Below are positions 11,233-21,127 of a DNA stretch of 64,000 bases, one piece after another. Under the pieces are notes generated by a model that saw only the letters and a program-made list of their open reading frames with translations, was not told the DNA's origin and searched no databases. The position numbers and the translations under genes were made by a program. How positions within the stretch are numbered: the stretch's first letter is position 1; the number at the start of each line of letters is the position of its first letter. Source of the DNA: Candidatus Poribacteria bacterium (GTDB taxonomy: Bacteria > Poribacteria > WGA-4E > PCPOR2b); assembly GCA_965218095.1 (NCBI GenBank), contig OZ244587.1, forward strand, positions 3,424,001 through 3,488,000, read 5' to 3'.

Positions 11233-11268
11233 CAAAAAAAGGTGACCGCCCCGAAGGACAATCGCCTA
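11233..11268 (-). terminator. Intrinsic terminator forming the last spacer
   Basis: Minus strand AGGCGATTGTCC-TTCG-GGGCGGTCACC followed by a T7 run. Confidence 0.7.
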
Positions 11269-11353
11269 GTTTCAATCCGTTCAAAGCATTACGTCGTCAA
11301 ATGGAGCCCTGTCGCGTTGGGCAAAGGAAGGCACAGCATGAAGGTGTATTTGC

Positions 11354-11418
11354 TAACCCCCCTGACAAGGGGGGACGGGAAAACGCCTCCCTTGTCAGAC
11401 CCCCTTCTCAGGGGGTTA
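11354..11418. repeat. REP-like nested palindrome
   Basis: TAACCCCC...GGGGGTTA enclosing CTGACAAGGG...CCCTTGTCAG. Confidence 0.55.
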
Positions 11419-11540
11419 CGACATCCCGATGAAGTTGGGATTTTTCAAAGCTGTCCCTTTGCCGGGCTTTGTCTTCCATGAGAACGTGCAGGAAGCATCA
11501 ACGGCGGACAACTTCGAGGTGGTGGTCAAGAACGAATAAG

Positions 11541-12806
11541 TTAGTCTCTCACCCTGATTATATCCGCACCAATCCCCGCAAGTTTCTTTTCGATCAATTC
11601 ATATCCGCGATCGATATGGTAGACGCGGGAAACCACCGTTTCTCCTTCAGCCGCTATGCCAGCAAGAACCAAAACCGCCCCGGCACGCAGATCCGATGCC
11701 ATAACAGGGGCGCCGCTCAGTTTAGGCGCACCGCGTACCACCGCCCGGTTTCCTTCGACGCGAATATCCGCACCCATGCGATTGAGTTCGCTGGCATGCA
11801 TGAAACGATCTGAGTAGATGCCTTCTGCGATAACGCTGACACCTGGCATAATACTGAGAAGTCCCATCATCTGCGCTTGCATATCGGTTGGAAAGCCCGG
11901 GTATATATCGGTGATCACATTGACAGCTTGGAGGCACCGTGGCGTCGTCACGCGAACCCCATTATCCGCCCAATCCAGTTGAACGCCTGCCTTAAGTAGT
12001 TTTTCGCACACGGCGCCGAGGTGCTCCGGTAGCGCATGCTTGACAAAAACATTCCCCTTCGTGATGGCGCCCGCAACCATGAATGTTCCCGCCTCGATAC
12101 GGTCTGGAATGACAGTATGTTCCGTGCCGCGAAGTCGCTTGACGCCATGTATCGTCAAGGTGGAAGTCCCGGCCCTTTTGACCTTTGCTCCCATTGCATT
12201 GAGGAAATTCGCTAGGTCAGCGACCTCCGGCTCACAGGCAGCGCCACGGATAATCGTCGTGCCTTCCGCCAGCGTTGCCGCCATCATGACGTTTGCCGTT
12301 GCACCGACGCTTGAACCGTGTGGTCCTCTCAGATACATCTCCGCACCGACCAGCCGATCCGCTCGCGCAACGATATAGCCGCCGTCAATCTCAATCTCTG
12401 CACCGAGTTGCTCCAACCCTTTCAGGTGCAGATCTATCGGACGTGGACCGATTGCACAACCGCCAGGGAAAGAGACCTTTGCCATGCCTAAACGCGCAGC
12501 GAGCGGCCCCAGCACATAGATCGACGCCCGCATTTTCCGGACGAGATCGTAAGGGGCTTCATAAGCAATCCGGTTTCCCGGTTCGATATAGAGGCTTGAA
12601 TTTTTGAACTTTGCCGTTGCCCCTAGCACCTCAAGCACCGCGCACAGGGTATCAATATCCCTCAGATTTGGAACATTGTGGATGACACTTGCGCTGTCTG
12701 CCAAAATCGCGGCGGCGACAGCGATGGGAAGCGTCGCATTTTTAGAACCGCTGACTGAAATTGTGCCTTCGAGTCGTTTGCCGCCGTTGATGATTAACTT
12801 ATCCAT
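11541..12806 (-). CDS. murA: UDP-N-acetylglucosamine 1-carboxyvinyltransferase
   Basis: GSKNA, PGGCAIGPRPIDLH, PGFPTDMQ, SDLRAG motifs. Confidence 0.97.
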   Translation of the reverse strand: MDKLIINGGKRLEGTISVSGSKNATLPIAVAAAILADSASVIHNVPNLRDIDTLCAVLEVLGATAKFKNSSLYIEPGNRIAYEAPYDLVRKMRASIYVLGPLAARLGMAKVSFPGGCAIGPRPIDLHLKGLEQLGAEIEIDGGYIVARADRLVGAEMYLRGPHGSSVGATANVMMAATLAEGTTIIRGAACEPEVADLANFLNAMGAKVKRAGTSTLTIHGVKRLRGTEHTVIPDRIEAGTFMVAGAITKGNVFVKHALPEHLGAVCEKLLKAGVQLDWADNGVRVTTPRCLQAVNVITDIYPGFPTDMQAQMMGLLSIMPGVSVIAEGIYSDRFMHASELNRMGADIRVEGNRAVVRGAPKLSGAPVMASDLRAGAVLVLAGIAAEGETVVSRVYHIDRGYELIEKKLAGIGADIIRVRD

Positions 12807-12861
12807 TATGAATTCTCCTCAGCTTAGAATAGATTCGCGATGTATATAGGCATCAACGGCG

Positions 12862-13081
12862 CCAGGTCATTAATCGTTTCGTTGAAGGGGTTGTACGGCT
12901 GTCAACCCTCAAAACCGACGTGTCGGAACAACCGCATGTCGTGGAAACACCTCACGGATTTCATCCGCTTAGGGTCTACATTCGCTGGTCCCTGGAACAC
13001 GAAGGCCGGTCGTCCGTTGAGGTTGAGAATTGGATGGCCCGCAATGTAGCGACGATGAGTTTGAACAGGATCATGACCAGG
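12862..13081 (+). ncRNA. Candidate highly structured ncRNA (~220 nt), family not recognised
   Basis: Closing stem 12862-74/13068-81 and several internal hairpins with G-U pairs that favour the + strand. Confidence 0.5.
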
Positions 13082-13230
13082 TTGGAAGAAAAATGATTAA
13101 TACCAGTTTTCGATCAGATCCTTAGTAACCTTTAGATCTGGTATAAGGAAGCGTTACTCCTTGTGATCACCCGTTGAAGAGGATTGTGCCTCCGATAAAT
13201 CGGGAAAAGTCCACGTACAATCCGAAATCG

Positions 13231-14139
13231 TCAACCCAAAATCGCTTGACACTGCTCCCTTGCTTCCACCAGTTCTTCCACCTGTCCGCCTCGGACTTCC
13301 AAAACCACTGGGATATCCGGTGAAATCCCCGCCAGAATCTCCTCGAAATCAAGGTCTCCAAAGCCGGGTGGGTGATACGCCTCAAGGTCTTTGAGATCGT
13401 GGAGGTTAATGCCAATGAGGTCCCCTTTGTACACCTCCAGCCAACGATTTGACCAACAGAGTCCAATCCGCTCCTGTAATGCGGCATGTCCGACATCGTG
13501 CCAATACCGCATGTTACTCCCCTCAAACTTCTCCAAAAACAATCCGGCCTCGTCAAAGTTAGGGATTTGATAATAGCGGGGTCGATTCTCGATTGCCAGG
13601 TAGAGCTCCATGCGCAACGCCGTTTCGTTCAACGTATCGAGGCTGAACATCACAGCGTCCTGATGCTTCGCCTCCTTGCGTTTACGCCATTCAGTTGCTT
13701 CCTCGACCTTCACCCCGAACGCCTCAAATTCTCGTTCACCATACTCATACAGATCATACATGAGGTAAGAGCGATCGTAGGTATCCACCTCGCCCAAATG
13801 GAGCACAACGATCGTGACCTCAAGATCGACTGCCAACTCCATCGTCTGGATCGTTTGCTTGACAGCCTCCCTTCGCTCATCCGCATCTAGGCTTGATAGG
13901 TGAATCGGGTCATTTTCCGCGTCGGACTGCGGAATACCGGGCAGAGTGGGACAAAAGTTGTGGATGGAGCAGATCTGGATTTCGTTCAAGTGGGGCTTGA
14001 TTTGCTCGATCTGTTCCCGCGTCAGGTGTCGGCTCAGTTCAATAGCATCAAACCCAGGTTCTTTAAGTTCGTCAAGCATCGCCGCTCCATCAGGTTGCTT
14101 CAGGGCATTCCACATCGTCGAAATCGCTATCATCCTCAC
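13231..14139 (-). CDS. Sugar phosphate isomerase/epimerase (xylose isomerase-like TIM barrel)
   Basis: SIH, LHLG, AIEN, HDVGH, LHD, LEV metal-binding pattern. Confidence 0.85.
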   Translation of the reverse strand: MRMIAISTMWNALKQPDGAAMLDELKEPGFDAIELSRHLTREQIEQIKPHLNEIQICSIHNFCPTLPGIPQSDAENDPIHLSSLDADERREAVKQTIQTMELAVDLEVTIVVLHLGEVDTYDRSYLMYDLYEYGEREFEAFGVKVEEATEWRKRKEAKHQDAVMFSLDTLNETALRMELYLAIENRPRYYQIPNFDEAGLFLEKFEGSNMRYWHDVGHAALQERIGLCWSNRWLEVYKGDLIGINLHDLKDLEAYHPPGFGDLDFEEILAGISPDIPVVLEVRGGQVEELVEAREQCQAILG

Positions 14140-14744
14140 ACCTCCTTTACGATGACCTTCTTGCCAACAACTTCAAGCCTGCCTGCCGCATACCACTTGA
14201 TGACCTGCGGATAGAGCTTATGCTCCTCGACCTTAATGCGCGTGTGCAGGATGTCCTCGTCATCGTCATCGTATACAGGAACCGCAGCCTGCGCGATGAT
14301 TGGTCCTGAATCAACCCCCTCGTCGACAAAATGGATGGTCACGCCGCTGACCTTCACACCGTGCACGAGGGTATCACGTACCGGGTGCGCTCCCGGAAAG
14401 GCAGGCATCAGTGCAGCATGGGTGTTGATGATGCGGTTTCGATACTTTTGCACAAATGCGGACTGAAACAGCTTCATAAAGCCTGCCAGAACGATTAGCT
14501 CGACTTCATACTTGTCAACGATTCTTGAAATTTCTGCATCAAACGTATTGCGATTGGGAAAATCTCTGACCCTGACGACACAGGTGGGAATGCCTGCTTT
14601 CTTCGCACGAGTGAGTGCGTAGGCTTTTCTTCGATCGCTGATGACCACGGCGATCTTAACCCCGCTGTCATTACCTTGGTGGAGCTGATCGATTAGGGTC
14701 TGTAAATTGGTGCCGCTACCAGAAACTAAAACTGCTATTTTCAT
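14136..14744 (-). CDS. purN: Phosphoribosylglycinamide formyltransferase
   Basis: SGSGTNLQ, LAGFM, INTH, HFVDEGVDSGPII. Confidence 0.96.
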   Translation of the reverse strand: MKIAVLVSGSGTNLQTLIDQLHQGNDSGVKIAVVISDRRKAYALTRAKKAGIPTCVVRVRDFPNRNTFDAEISRIVDKYEVELIVLAGFMKLFQSAFVQKYRNRIINTHAALMPAFPGAHPVRDTLVHGVKVSGVTIHFVDEGVDSGPIIAQAAVPVYDDDDEDILHTRIKVEEHKLYPQVIKWYAAGRLEVVGKKVIVKEV

Positions 14745-15254
14745 GTTCTCTGATAGATCTCCTTTGCAAACTCACGTGTACACCTAGCGAAGAAAATCGC
14801 TGATTTCGACCTCCGCCGCTGTGGAAAAAAGATCCTTCGATTCATCAGTGACCAGTTGAAATGTCTTCTTGGCTTCTCTCGACGTAAAACGATTATAAGC
14901 CATCTTCCGTCTTCCCTTCGTGCGATGACGTGTGAAGTTATTGACACCTGATGGATTATTTCTATTGTAGCATATGAGCAAGCCGGACGTAAAGCGTAAT
15001 TCGAGATTTTTTGTTTGACCACATGTTCGTAGGGTGATATAATGCTTAACCGACCAATTACGATTGGATACAGCAGGCAACCCTTGCCGTCACCAATGCG
15101 GTCTCCAGGTCTGGCTTGTTTGAAAACGCCGAAAGTCAGGGCGTTGGCGATCTCATCTTAAAGACGGAGGTCTTGTCTGTTGAGACAGAGCGGTTCGGTC
15201 ATCCGAGCAGCGTGACGCTCGACGAGCGAGGTGCGTGGCAAGCTCTACGACGCC

Positions 15255-15340
15255 GTCATGTGTTTGTCTACTACTCCGGTCACGGTGCGCCGCACCCTGA
15301 GAGTGAGCGTGGATACCTGATTCCTGTCGATGCAGGGGCA
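15255..15340 (+). pseudogene. Caspase-family (peptidase C14) remnant
   Basis: VFVYYSGHG...GYLIPVDA catalytic-His motif with no intact ORF. Confidence 0.6.
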
Positions 15341-15440
15341 AGCAGATCTTGTTTTGGTTAGATTGAATTGAGGTATGGAACGTGAAACATGAAACGTAAA
15401 AAATCTGTATCTACCACGCAAACAGAATTCGGAGGAGCTC

Positions 15441-16247
15441 ATGCGGCAAGCATCCGCAGTCGGAATGATTAACACATTTCGGCTTGATGATAAAGTCAGC
15501 ATCGTGACAGGCGCCAGTCGCGGAATTGGGCTGGCAATGGCAGAAGGCCTGGCTGGGGCGGGTTCGGATCTGGTCATTGTGGGGCGAAACATCGAAACGC
15601 TCAACCCCGTCGCTGAACGAATCGCGAATGAAAGTGGTCGGCAGGTGCTCCCAATCCAAACTGACATTGGCAATATGGATGAAATCGAGCCGCTTGTCAA
15701 GCAGGCCATGGATCGATTTGGCAAAATCAACGTCCTCGTCAACAACGCCGGGATTAACGCCCGCAACCCTGCTGAAGCGTATACCGAAGCAGATTGGGAT
15801 GCCGTCACCGATGTCAACATCAAGGGAACCTTTTTTCTGACGCAAGCGTGCGGGAAGGTGATGATTGAGCAGAAGGGGGGCAAGATTATCAACACGCTTT
15901 CCTTGACTTCGGCGGTTGGGCTTCCCACTGTTATTGCGTACACGGCGGCAAAAGGGGGGTTGATGCAGCTCACGAAGTTGCTCGCCGTTGAATGGGCGGT
16001 CCATAACATTCAGGTCAACGGCATCGCCCCTGGTTTTATCCGAACGGAACTGACCAAACCGTTGCAAGAAGATAGCCGTAACCAATGGGTGCTGAATCGC
16101 ACGCCGGCCTATCGCTGGGGAGAACCGGAAGATCTGGCTGGCTTGACCATTTACCTTGCATCTGCTGCTTCCGATTTCGTCACAGGACAGGTGATTTTTG
16201 TCGACGGCGGTTATATGGCGGGAAGTGATTGGCGGTATCAGGCTTAG
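15441..16247 (+). CDS. SDR oxidoreductase (KduD/gluconate 5-dehydrogenase-like)
   Basis: TGASRGIG, NNAG, YTAAK. Confidence 0.93.
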   Translation: MRQASAVGMINTFRLDDKVSIVTGASRGIGLAMAEGLAGAGSDLVIVGRNIETLNPVAERIANESGRQVLPIQTDIGNMDEIEPLVKQAMDRFGKINVLVNNAGINARNPAEAYTEADWDAVTDVNIKGTFFLTQACGKVMIEQKGGKIINTLSLTSAVGLPTVIAYTAAKGGLMQLTKLLAVEWAVHNIQVNGIAPGFIRTELTKPLQEDSRNQWVLNRTPAYRWGEPEDLAGLTIYLASAASDFVTGQVIFVDGGYMAGSDWRYQA

Positions 16248-16454
16248 ATTCATCCAACCTTGCGAGGGTTTGATGAAGATTAAGAAAATAATTTGTAGTG
16301 GTCAACATGATGATCGACACCTCGATCGGCGTGGCCCCGATGGATCGGGAGGCGAGCCATTGCCAAATCATGGGATTACCGAAATAAATAATGAAGTTCC
16401 ATAAACCTTCGCAAAATTCAATCAATGAAAAGCACGTTTGAACGGAGGACTTTT

Positions 16455-17714
16455 ATGAAAATCACGGAGATTGAACCTATCGCGTTGCGTGTGCCTTACG
16501 AAGAACGCATTCGCAAGAGATATTACCATTTTGCTATGAACGAAGAGGTTACAGTCTATGAATTTCATACGGATACCGGCTTGATTGGGCTCGGAGAGAA
16601 CCCCGGTCCGCCCTTTGAGCAGGAGCTCCTCGATGCCTACCTCGGCACCAATCCGTTCGATCATGTTATGGGGCGAGGACGGTTCAACCTCGATATGGCT
16701 TGCTATGACCTGATGGGCAAACATTTGGGGCTACCGGCCTGGAAACTGATGGGGCAGCAGGTACGCCAATGGGTATCGATGGGCTGGTGGATGCCCTGCA
16801 TGTCTCCCGAAGATTCGGCCGCCGAAGTACAGGTAGCTGCTGAGCGCGGGTATCGCGGACTCAAGTGCAAGGCCAGAGCATTTTATGATGTGGTCGAGCA
16901 ATCGCATGCCATTCAGGAGGTGGCGCCGCCGGACTTTCGGGTGGAGTACGATTTCAACGGCGCATTGATTAACGTGGAGAAGGCACTGCCTATCCTGCGC
17001 GAGTTGGAGAAGATTCCGGTGGTCAAAGGCGTGGAAGAACCAATCTTTGCTTATGATGTCGAGGGTTGGCGACGACTCCACCGGGAGATTCGCATTCCCT
17101 TCTACCTGCACGGCATCGGCGTCATCCAAGAGGGGGCTTCACGCACGCCTTCGGGACCCTGGATTGGGCTCCGCGCGGGCGATTTCGATGGCGCGCTTTG
17201 TAGTCATGAATCTGTCAGGAGCGCGTTGGCGTCCTGTTGGGCGTTTGCCGCCGCAAACACGCCTATTCTGTTACAGTACGTGGGCACCGGCATTACCGCA
17301 GCGTTTGCCTGTCATCTGGGAGCGGTGATGCCGACAGCGACCCTGCCGGGCGTGACGGCAAGCCACACCTACGAAGATGACCTGATTACGGAAGCGCATA
17401 CGATCCAGCGAGGGTTCATGAAGGTCCCTGAAGGTCCAGGCCTGGGTGTGGAGTTGGATGAGGATGCTGTTAAGCGTTATGCCCAGACCCCTGTGCCGGA
17501 ATGGCCCCGACATCTCTCCGTAGTTTCGCTGCCCGGTGGAGTCAAGCACTATTACCGGAATTTACGGCAAGCTGAGGGGCTCATGAAACAGGGGGTGGAC
17601 GAATCTTTTGCACCCGGTGTCCGGCTGGACGAATGGGAGGACGATGGTAGCGAAGAGTTCGATAGCCTCTGGAAGCAGCTCCAGGAGACCGATTGGCCGG
17701 TGTGGGAGACGTAA
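16455..17714 (+). CDS. Mandelate racemase/muconate lactonizing enzyme family protein
   Basis: MKITEIE start after GGAGG; KCK, D.N, EEP, PEGPGLGVELDE. Confidence 0.9.
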   Translation: MKITEIEPIALRVPYEERIRKRYYHFAMNEEVTVYEFHTDTGLIGLGENPGPPFEQELLDAYLGTNPFDHVMGRGRFNLDMACYDLMGKHLGLPAWKLMGQQVRQWVSMGWWMPCMSPEDSAAEVQVAAERGYRGLKCKARAFYDVVEQSHAIQEVAPPDFRVEYDFNGALINVEKALPILRELEKIPVVKGVEEPIFAYDVEGWRRLHREIRIPFYLHGIGVIQEGASRTPSGPWIGLRAGDFDGALCSHESVRSALASCWAFAAANTPILLQYVGTGITAAFACHLGAVMPTATLPGVTASHTYEDDLITEAHTIQRGFMKVPEGPGLGVELDEDAVKRYAQTPVPEWPRHLSVVSLPGGVKHYYRNLRQAEGLMKQGVDESFAPGVRLDEWEDDGSEEFDSLWKQLQETDWPVWET

Positions 17715-17746
17715 ATTTCAATGTTCAGAAATGAGGAAGTACAACG

Positions 17747-19180
17747 ATGAAGAAAACTCCGAGACAACTGCTTACACTTATCTTTTTGATTTCAGGGGTG
17801 ATTTGGCAGATGACGCATGCGGATTCCGGGGTGGCTAACCCGCTGGGTGTGACTGGAGAGGGACTGCTAGGCGTCGAATCCATCGCGGACCTAGACCGGC
17901 GGGCAAGTCTCCACTTTGCCATTATGAGCGACAACAAGGGCGACTCACCCCTCAGTAGCGTGGAATTTGCCCGAATGACTGCCTGGATTCGGGAAGGAAA
18001 TTCCACCTTTGTGGTGGGCTTGGGAGACCACCTCAAATATCGCTGGGAAAATACCTTCATCCCCTGGCTACAATCCGAGCCCTGGTGGCGCGAGCACTTC
18101 TACCCCAACGTTGCGGATGGTGAGAACGAATACTACAGTCCGACCCACAGACAGTCGGACTACGGCGAGGGTGCACCGTTACTCGACTTGGTGGAACTGG
18201 AAGCCCATGCCAGCGTTATTCGTCCGAACAAATCAGAATACTATGCCCAGATTTCAGTCGGAGATTATACCGTTCATCTGATTCAAATCCACTTTTCAGA
18301 TCAGCCCGAGGATGCAGCGGTAGCGTTCCCGGAAACCAGCCGGGTGTGGATGATCGAAACCCTCAAAGGCATCGAGAAAGGGGACAAGGACTTCATCATG
18401 GTGGGGGCGCATTCACGGGCGGGGTCATGGGACATGGTACTTTCTCCAGAACGACGTGAATTCCTGTTCAACAAGGTGGATCTGATTCTCTCTGCTACGA
18501 CCCACAGATTTGAGGCATGGGTGCCGGAGGGATTTGAGGAGGGACGCGCTGTCTGCATCAACACCGGGGCTGTGAACTATCCTGGACACATGACCCCCAA
18601 CGGTTATGTCGAAATCCATGTAATCGAATCGGCGGGCGTTGTGGGACAGTACATTGACCTCACGCAGCCCAGTCGGCGGCTCCAGCGGACGCCCTTTGCC
18701 TGGATTAAACCCAAAGACGGCCCCATGCGCCACCTCAACCTCCGACCACCTGCCGCCGATGACGCCAGTGTCGAACCAATTGCCAATCTCAGCGAACCTC
18801 TCGACGTAGTACAGATCAATCAGGCGCTCTCTGCGCTGCTCAGAGAAAAAACTGGCGCCGATTTTGCCCTGGTGGGTGCACGAAATGGCCTTGACCGGGG
18901 ACCGATAACTCAAGAGCAGGCGTGGCGGGTTTTTGAGAAGAACATTAACCTCCAGGTCATTCGCGTCCCCATGGCCAAACTGAACACCGTCCTCGATCTT
19001 CTGAAACAACTGCCCGTTCCCCTGGGCAAAGACCACATCCGTATTGCAGCGCCCCATCCCAACATCACCTACATCATCAATTATGCTGGCCTTACGTGCG
19101 ATGCCGTTGAGCCCCAGGCGTTGGACGAAAAGGGGCTGCGGCAGGTTAATTTGCTCATCGAATGGCTGAACGCCCGGTGA
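17747..19180 (+). CDS. Exported metallophosphoesterase-like protein, possible 5'-nucleotidase C-terminal domain
   Basis: Signal peptide; SD, GLGDH, GENE and His motifs. Confidence 0.6.
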   Translation: MKKTPRQLLTLIFLISGVIWQMTHADSGVANPLGVTGEGLLGVESIADLDRRASLHFAIMSDNKGDSPLSSVEFARMTAWIREGNSTFVVGLGDHLKYRWENTFIPWLQSEPWWREHFYPNVADGENEYYSPTHRQSDYGEGAPLLDLVELEAHASVIRPNKSEYYAQISVGDYTVHLIQIHFSDQPEDAAVAFPETSRVWMIETLKGIEKGDKDFIMVGAHSRAGSWDMVLSPERREFLFNKVDLILSATTHRFEAWVPEGFEEGRAVCINTGAVNYPGHMTPNGYVEIHVIESAGVVGQYIDLTQPSRRLQRTPFAWIKPKDGPMRHLNLRPPAADDASVEPIANLSEPLDVVQINQALSALLREKTGADFALVGARNGLDRGPITQEQAWRVFEKNINLQVIRVPMAKLNTVLDLLKQLPVPLGKDHIRIAAPHPNITYIINYAGLTCDAVEPQALDEKGLRQVNLLIEWLNAR

Positions 19181-19299
19181 CCTTATGTCAAGGCGATTGG
19201 ATATTTTCTATTTTCTGAATATTGACCTCACGAATAAGACAGGGCGTATTTTAGCTTGCCCAACGATATTGACTGTCAATGCGCAAAAGGAGGCTAACA

Positions 19300-19680
19300 A
19301 TGATTAATAAAATTCACAAGATAGCTCTGGTTACTGACGACGTCGAGGGTGCTGTCAAATTTTATACCCAGACACTGGGACTGGAAATTATCGAGCGTTT
19401 CCCCGTCGAAGACGATGAGGACTACGTTTTTCTGAAAGCCGGCGACATGATCTTAGAACTGATGCCGAAAAAATCAATACAGGCGGAAGAAGGCTTCCAC
19501 CATATATCCTTCAGGGTCGATAGCGTCGATACCAGCGTGCAAGCGTTGAAGGACAAGGGAGTACCCATCGAGGTAGAACCGTTCGACACCGGTGTCGGAG
19601 GCATTCGTCTGGCGTTCTTCAAAGGTCCGAATGAGATGCTTTTGCAGTTGTTCGAGCGGAATCCACAGGAAGGAAGATAA
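19300..19680 (+). CDS. VOC/glyoxalase family protein
   Basis: FYTQTLGL, HHISFRVD, FFKGP motifs. Confidence 0.88.
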   Translation: MINKIHKIALVTDDVEGAVKFYTQTLGLEIIERFPVEDDEDYVFLKAGDMILELMPKKSIQAEEGFHHISFRVDSVDTSVQALKDKGVPIEVEPFDTGVGGIRLAFFKGPNEMLLQLFERNPQEGR

Positions 19681-20060
19681 TGTCTACGCTGTCCATACCA
19701 CGCCACCGTTTGGGGCGAACAGAACTAAATATTCCTGTCATCCTGTTCGGGACTATGGGATTCAGTAACCATTTTGGATTCGTTTCCGATGAAGACGCTG
19801 TTGCCCTAATCAAGCACGCCATCAGCATTGGCGTCAATCACTTTGACGGCGCTCGCTGCTATGGGAATTCAATGCGTAAACTCGGCCTGGCGCTAAAGGA
19901 AATCCCCCGCGAGGACGTAATTATTACGGGGCGTGTCTGTTGCCATTCCGGGGCGGAATGGGGCGGATACGGTGAGGGGACGCCGGATTACTCTGCCGTG
20001 CGCGTGATTGCAGACGTCGAAGATTAGTTGCAATTGCTCGGCGCCGACTATTCTTACAGT
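19680..20060 (+). pseudogene. Truncated aldo/keto reductase
   Basis: LGRT..FGTM, GVNHFDGARCYG; in-frame TAG at 20025-27 then LQLLGADY and loss of the C-terminal part. Confidence 0.75.
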
Positions 20061-20122
20061 GTACTACATCGGAGTCAGTGCATATTCGAAGGTTTATGAA
20101 TACTCAGATTGGAGGATATATC

Positions 20123-21127
20123 ATGGCAAAATATCGAGTTGGCGTTATTGGGTGTCGCGGTATCGGCGCCAGGCATGCATCCGGTTTGGTTGGTCTGACC
20201 AATGTAGAGTTGGTTGCTGCTTGCGATATTTCGCAAAGTACACTGGAAAGCTTCAAGGAACATTGGAAGGATGAGTGGCCGAACATTGCGCTCTACACAG
20301 ACCACCAGGAAATGCTGGCGAGGGAAAACCTGGATATCGTGACGGTGGCAACCTCTGACCATCGGCACGCCGATCTGGTGGTGAACGCCGCCAATGCGGG
20401 CGCGAAGGGCGTTTTCTGCGAAAAGCCGATGGCGACGAGTCTGGTTGATGCCGATCGTATGATTGAAGCCGTCGAGCGCAATGGCGCAATTTTGTCCATT
20501 GACCATACCCGCAGATGGCAGCCGCTGTGGCGGCATACCAAAGAAGAGGTGGTCGGAGGGGGCGCGATCGGACCAGTCCAGTACATCATCGGCACATTGA
20601 GTGGGAGGCGTGCCATGCTGTTCCGCAACGGCACTCACCTAATCGACGCGATTTGCTATTTCGCGGAATCTGACCCGGAGTGGGTTGTCGCCGAGTTGGA
20701 AGCCGGGTACGAAGATTACTGGGAATATCGGGGTGATGGTGGGCATGATCCGAAAACGGAGCCCGCAGTCAGCGGTTACATCCATTTTGCCAACGGCGTC
20801 CGCGGATTTTACGCGGGCGGATCTAAGACCACCCCGGCCCCGAAATTCCGCGTTGAAATCGTTGGCGCCACGGGCTATATCCTTATTGATAACCAAAAAG
20901 CAATCATCCAGAAAGGGGATACGTCCGAGGCCATCAAGCCGCCAGTGTGGCCGGTCGAGGGAATACCCGCCGGCGTCCAGGAATTGGTTCGCTTGGTTGA
21001 TGAGGGTGGGGAACCCCTATCATCGGGCAAAGATGGACACAAGGTTGTCGAGATCATCATCGGCTTTTTGGAATCCCAACGCCGGGACAACGCGAAAGTC
21101 CCTATACCCGTTCCTCGCAATCGATGA
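20123..21127 (+). CDS. Gfo/Idh/MocA oxidoreductase
   Basis: GVIGCRGIG, CEKP, GTHLID. Confidence 0.92.
   Translation: MAKYRVGVIGCRGIGARHASGLVGLTNVELVAACDISQSTLESFKEHWKDEWPNIALYTDHQEMLARENLDIVTVATSDHRHADLVVNAANAGAKGVFCEKPMATSLVDADRMIEAVERNGAILSIDHTRRWQPLWRHTKEEVVGGGAIGPVQYIIGTLSGRRAMLFRNGTHLIDAICYFAESDPEWVVAELEAGYEDYWEYRGDGGHDPKTEPAVSGYIHFANGVRGFYAGGSKTTPAPKFRVEIVGATGYILIDNQKAIIQKGDTSEAIKPPVWPVEGIPAGVQELVRLVDEGGEPLSSGKDGHKVVEIIIGFLESQRRDNAKVPIPVPRNR

Larger units (their letters stand above)
73..11278 (+). CRISPR. CRISPR array, ~121 x 37-bp repeat GTTTCAACCTTTGCCCCGA(T/C)GAAAAGGGGACTGAAA(G/T); normal spacers ~33-42 bp, three giant spacers at 8537-10965
   Basis: Direct repeats at ~73.5-bp period from 73 to 8536, then at 8750, 10696, 10966, 11040, 11117, 11192 and a 10-bp stub at 11269; CCCC-N8-GGGG hairpin and ACTGAAAG 3' end resemble Cas6-processed type III/I-D repeats. 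Confidence 0.99.

Noticed and set aside
15245-16253. Long minus-strand ORFs over the SDR and similar antisense ORFs elsewhere
   Set aside because: Shadow ORFs of well-supported genes on the opposite strand
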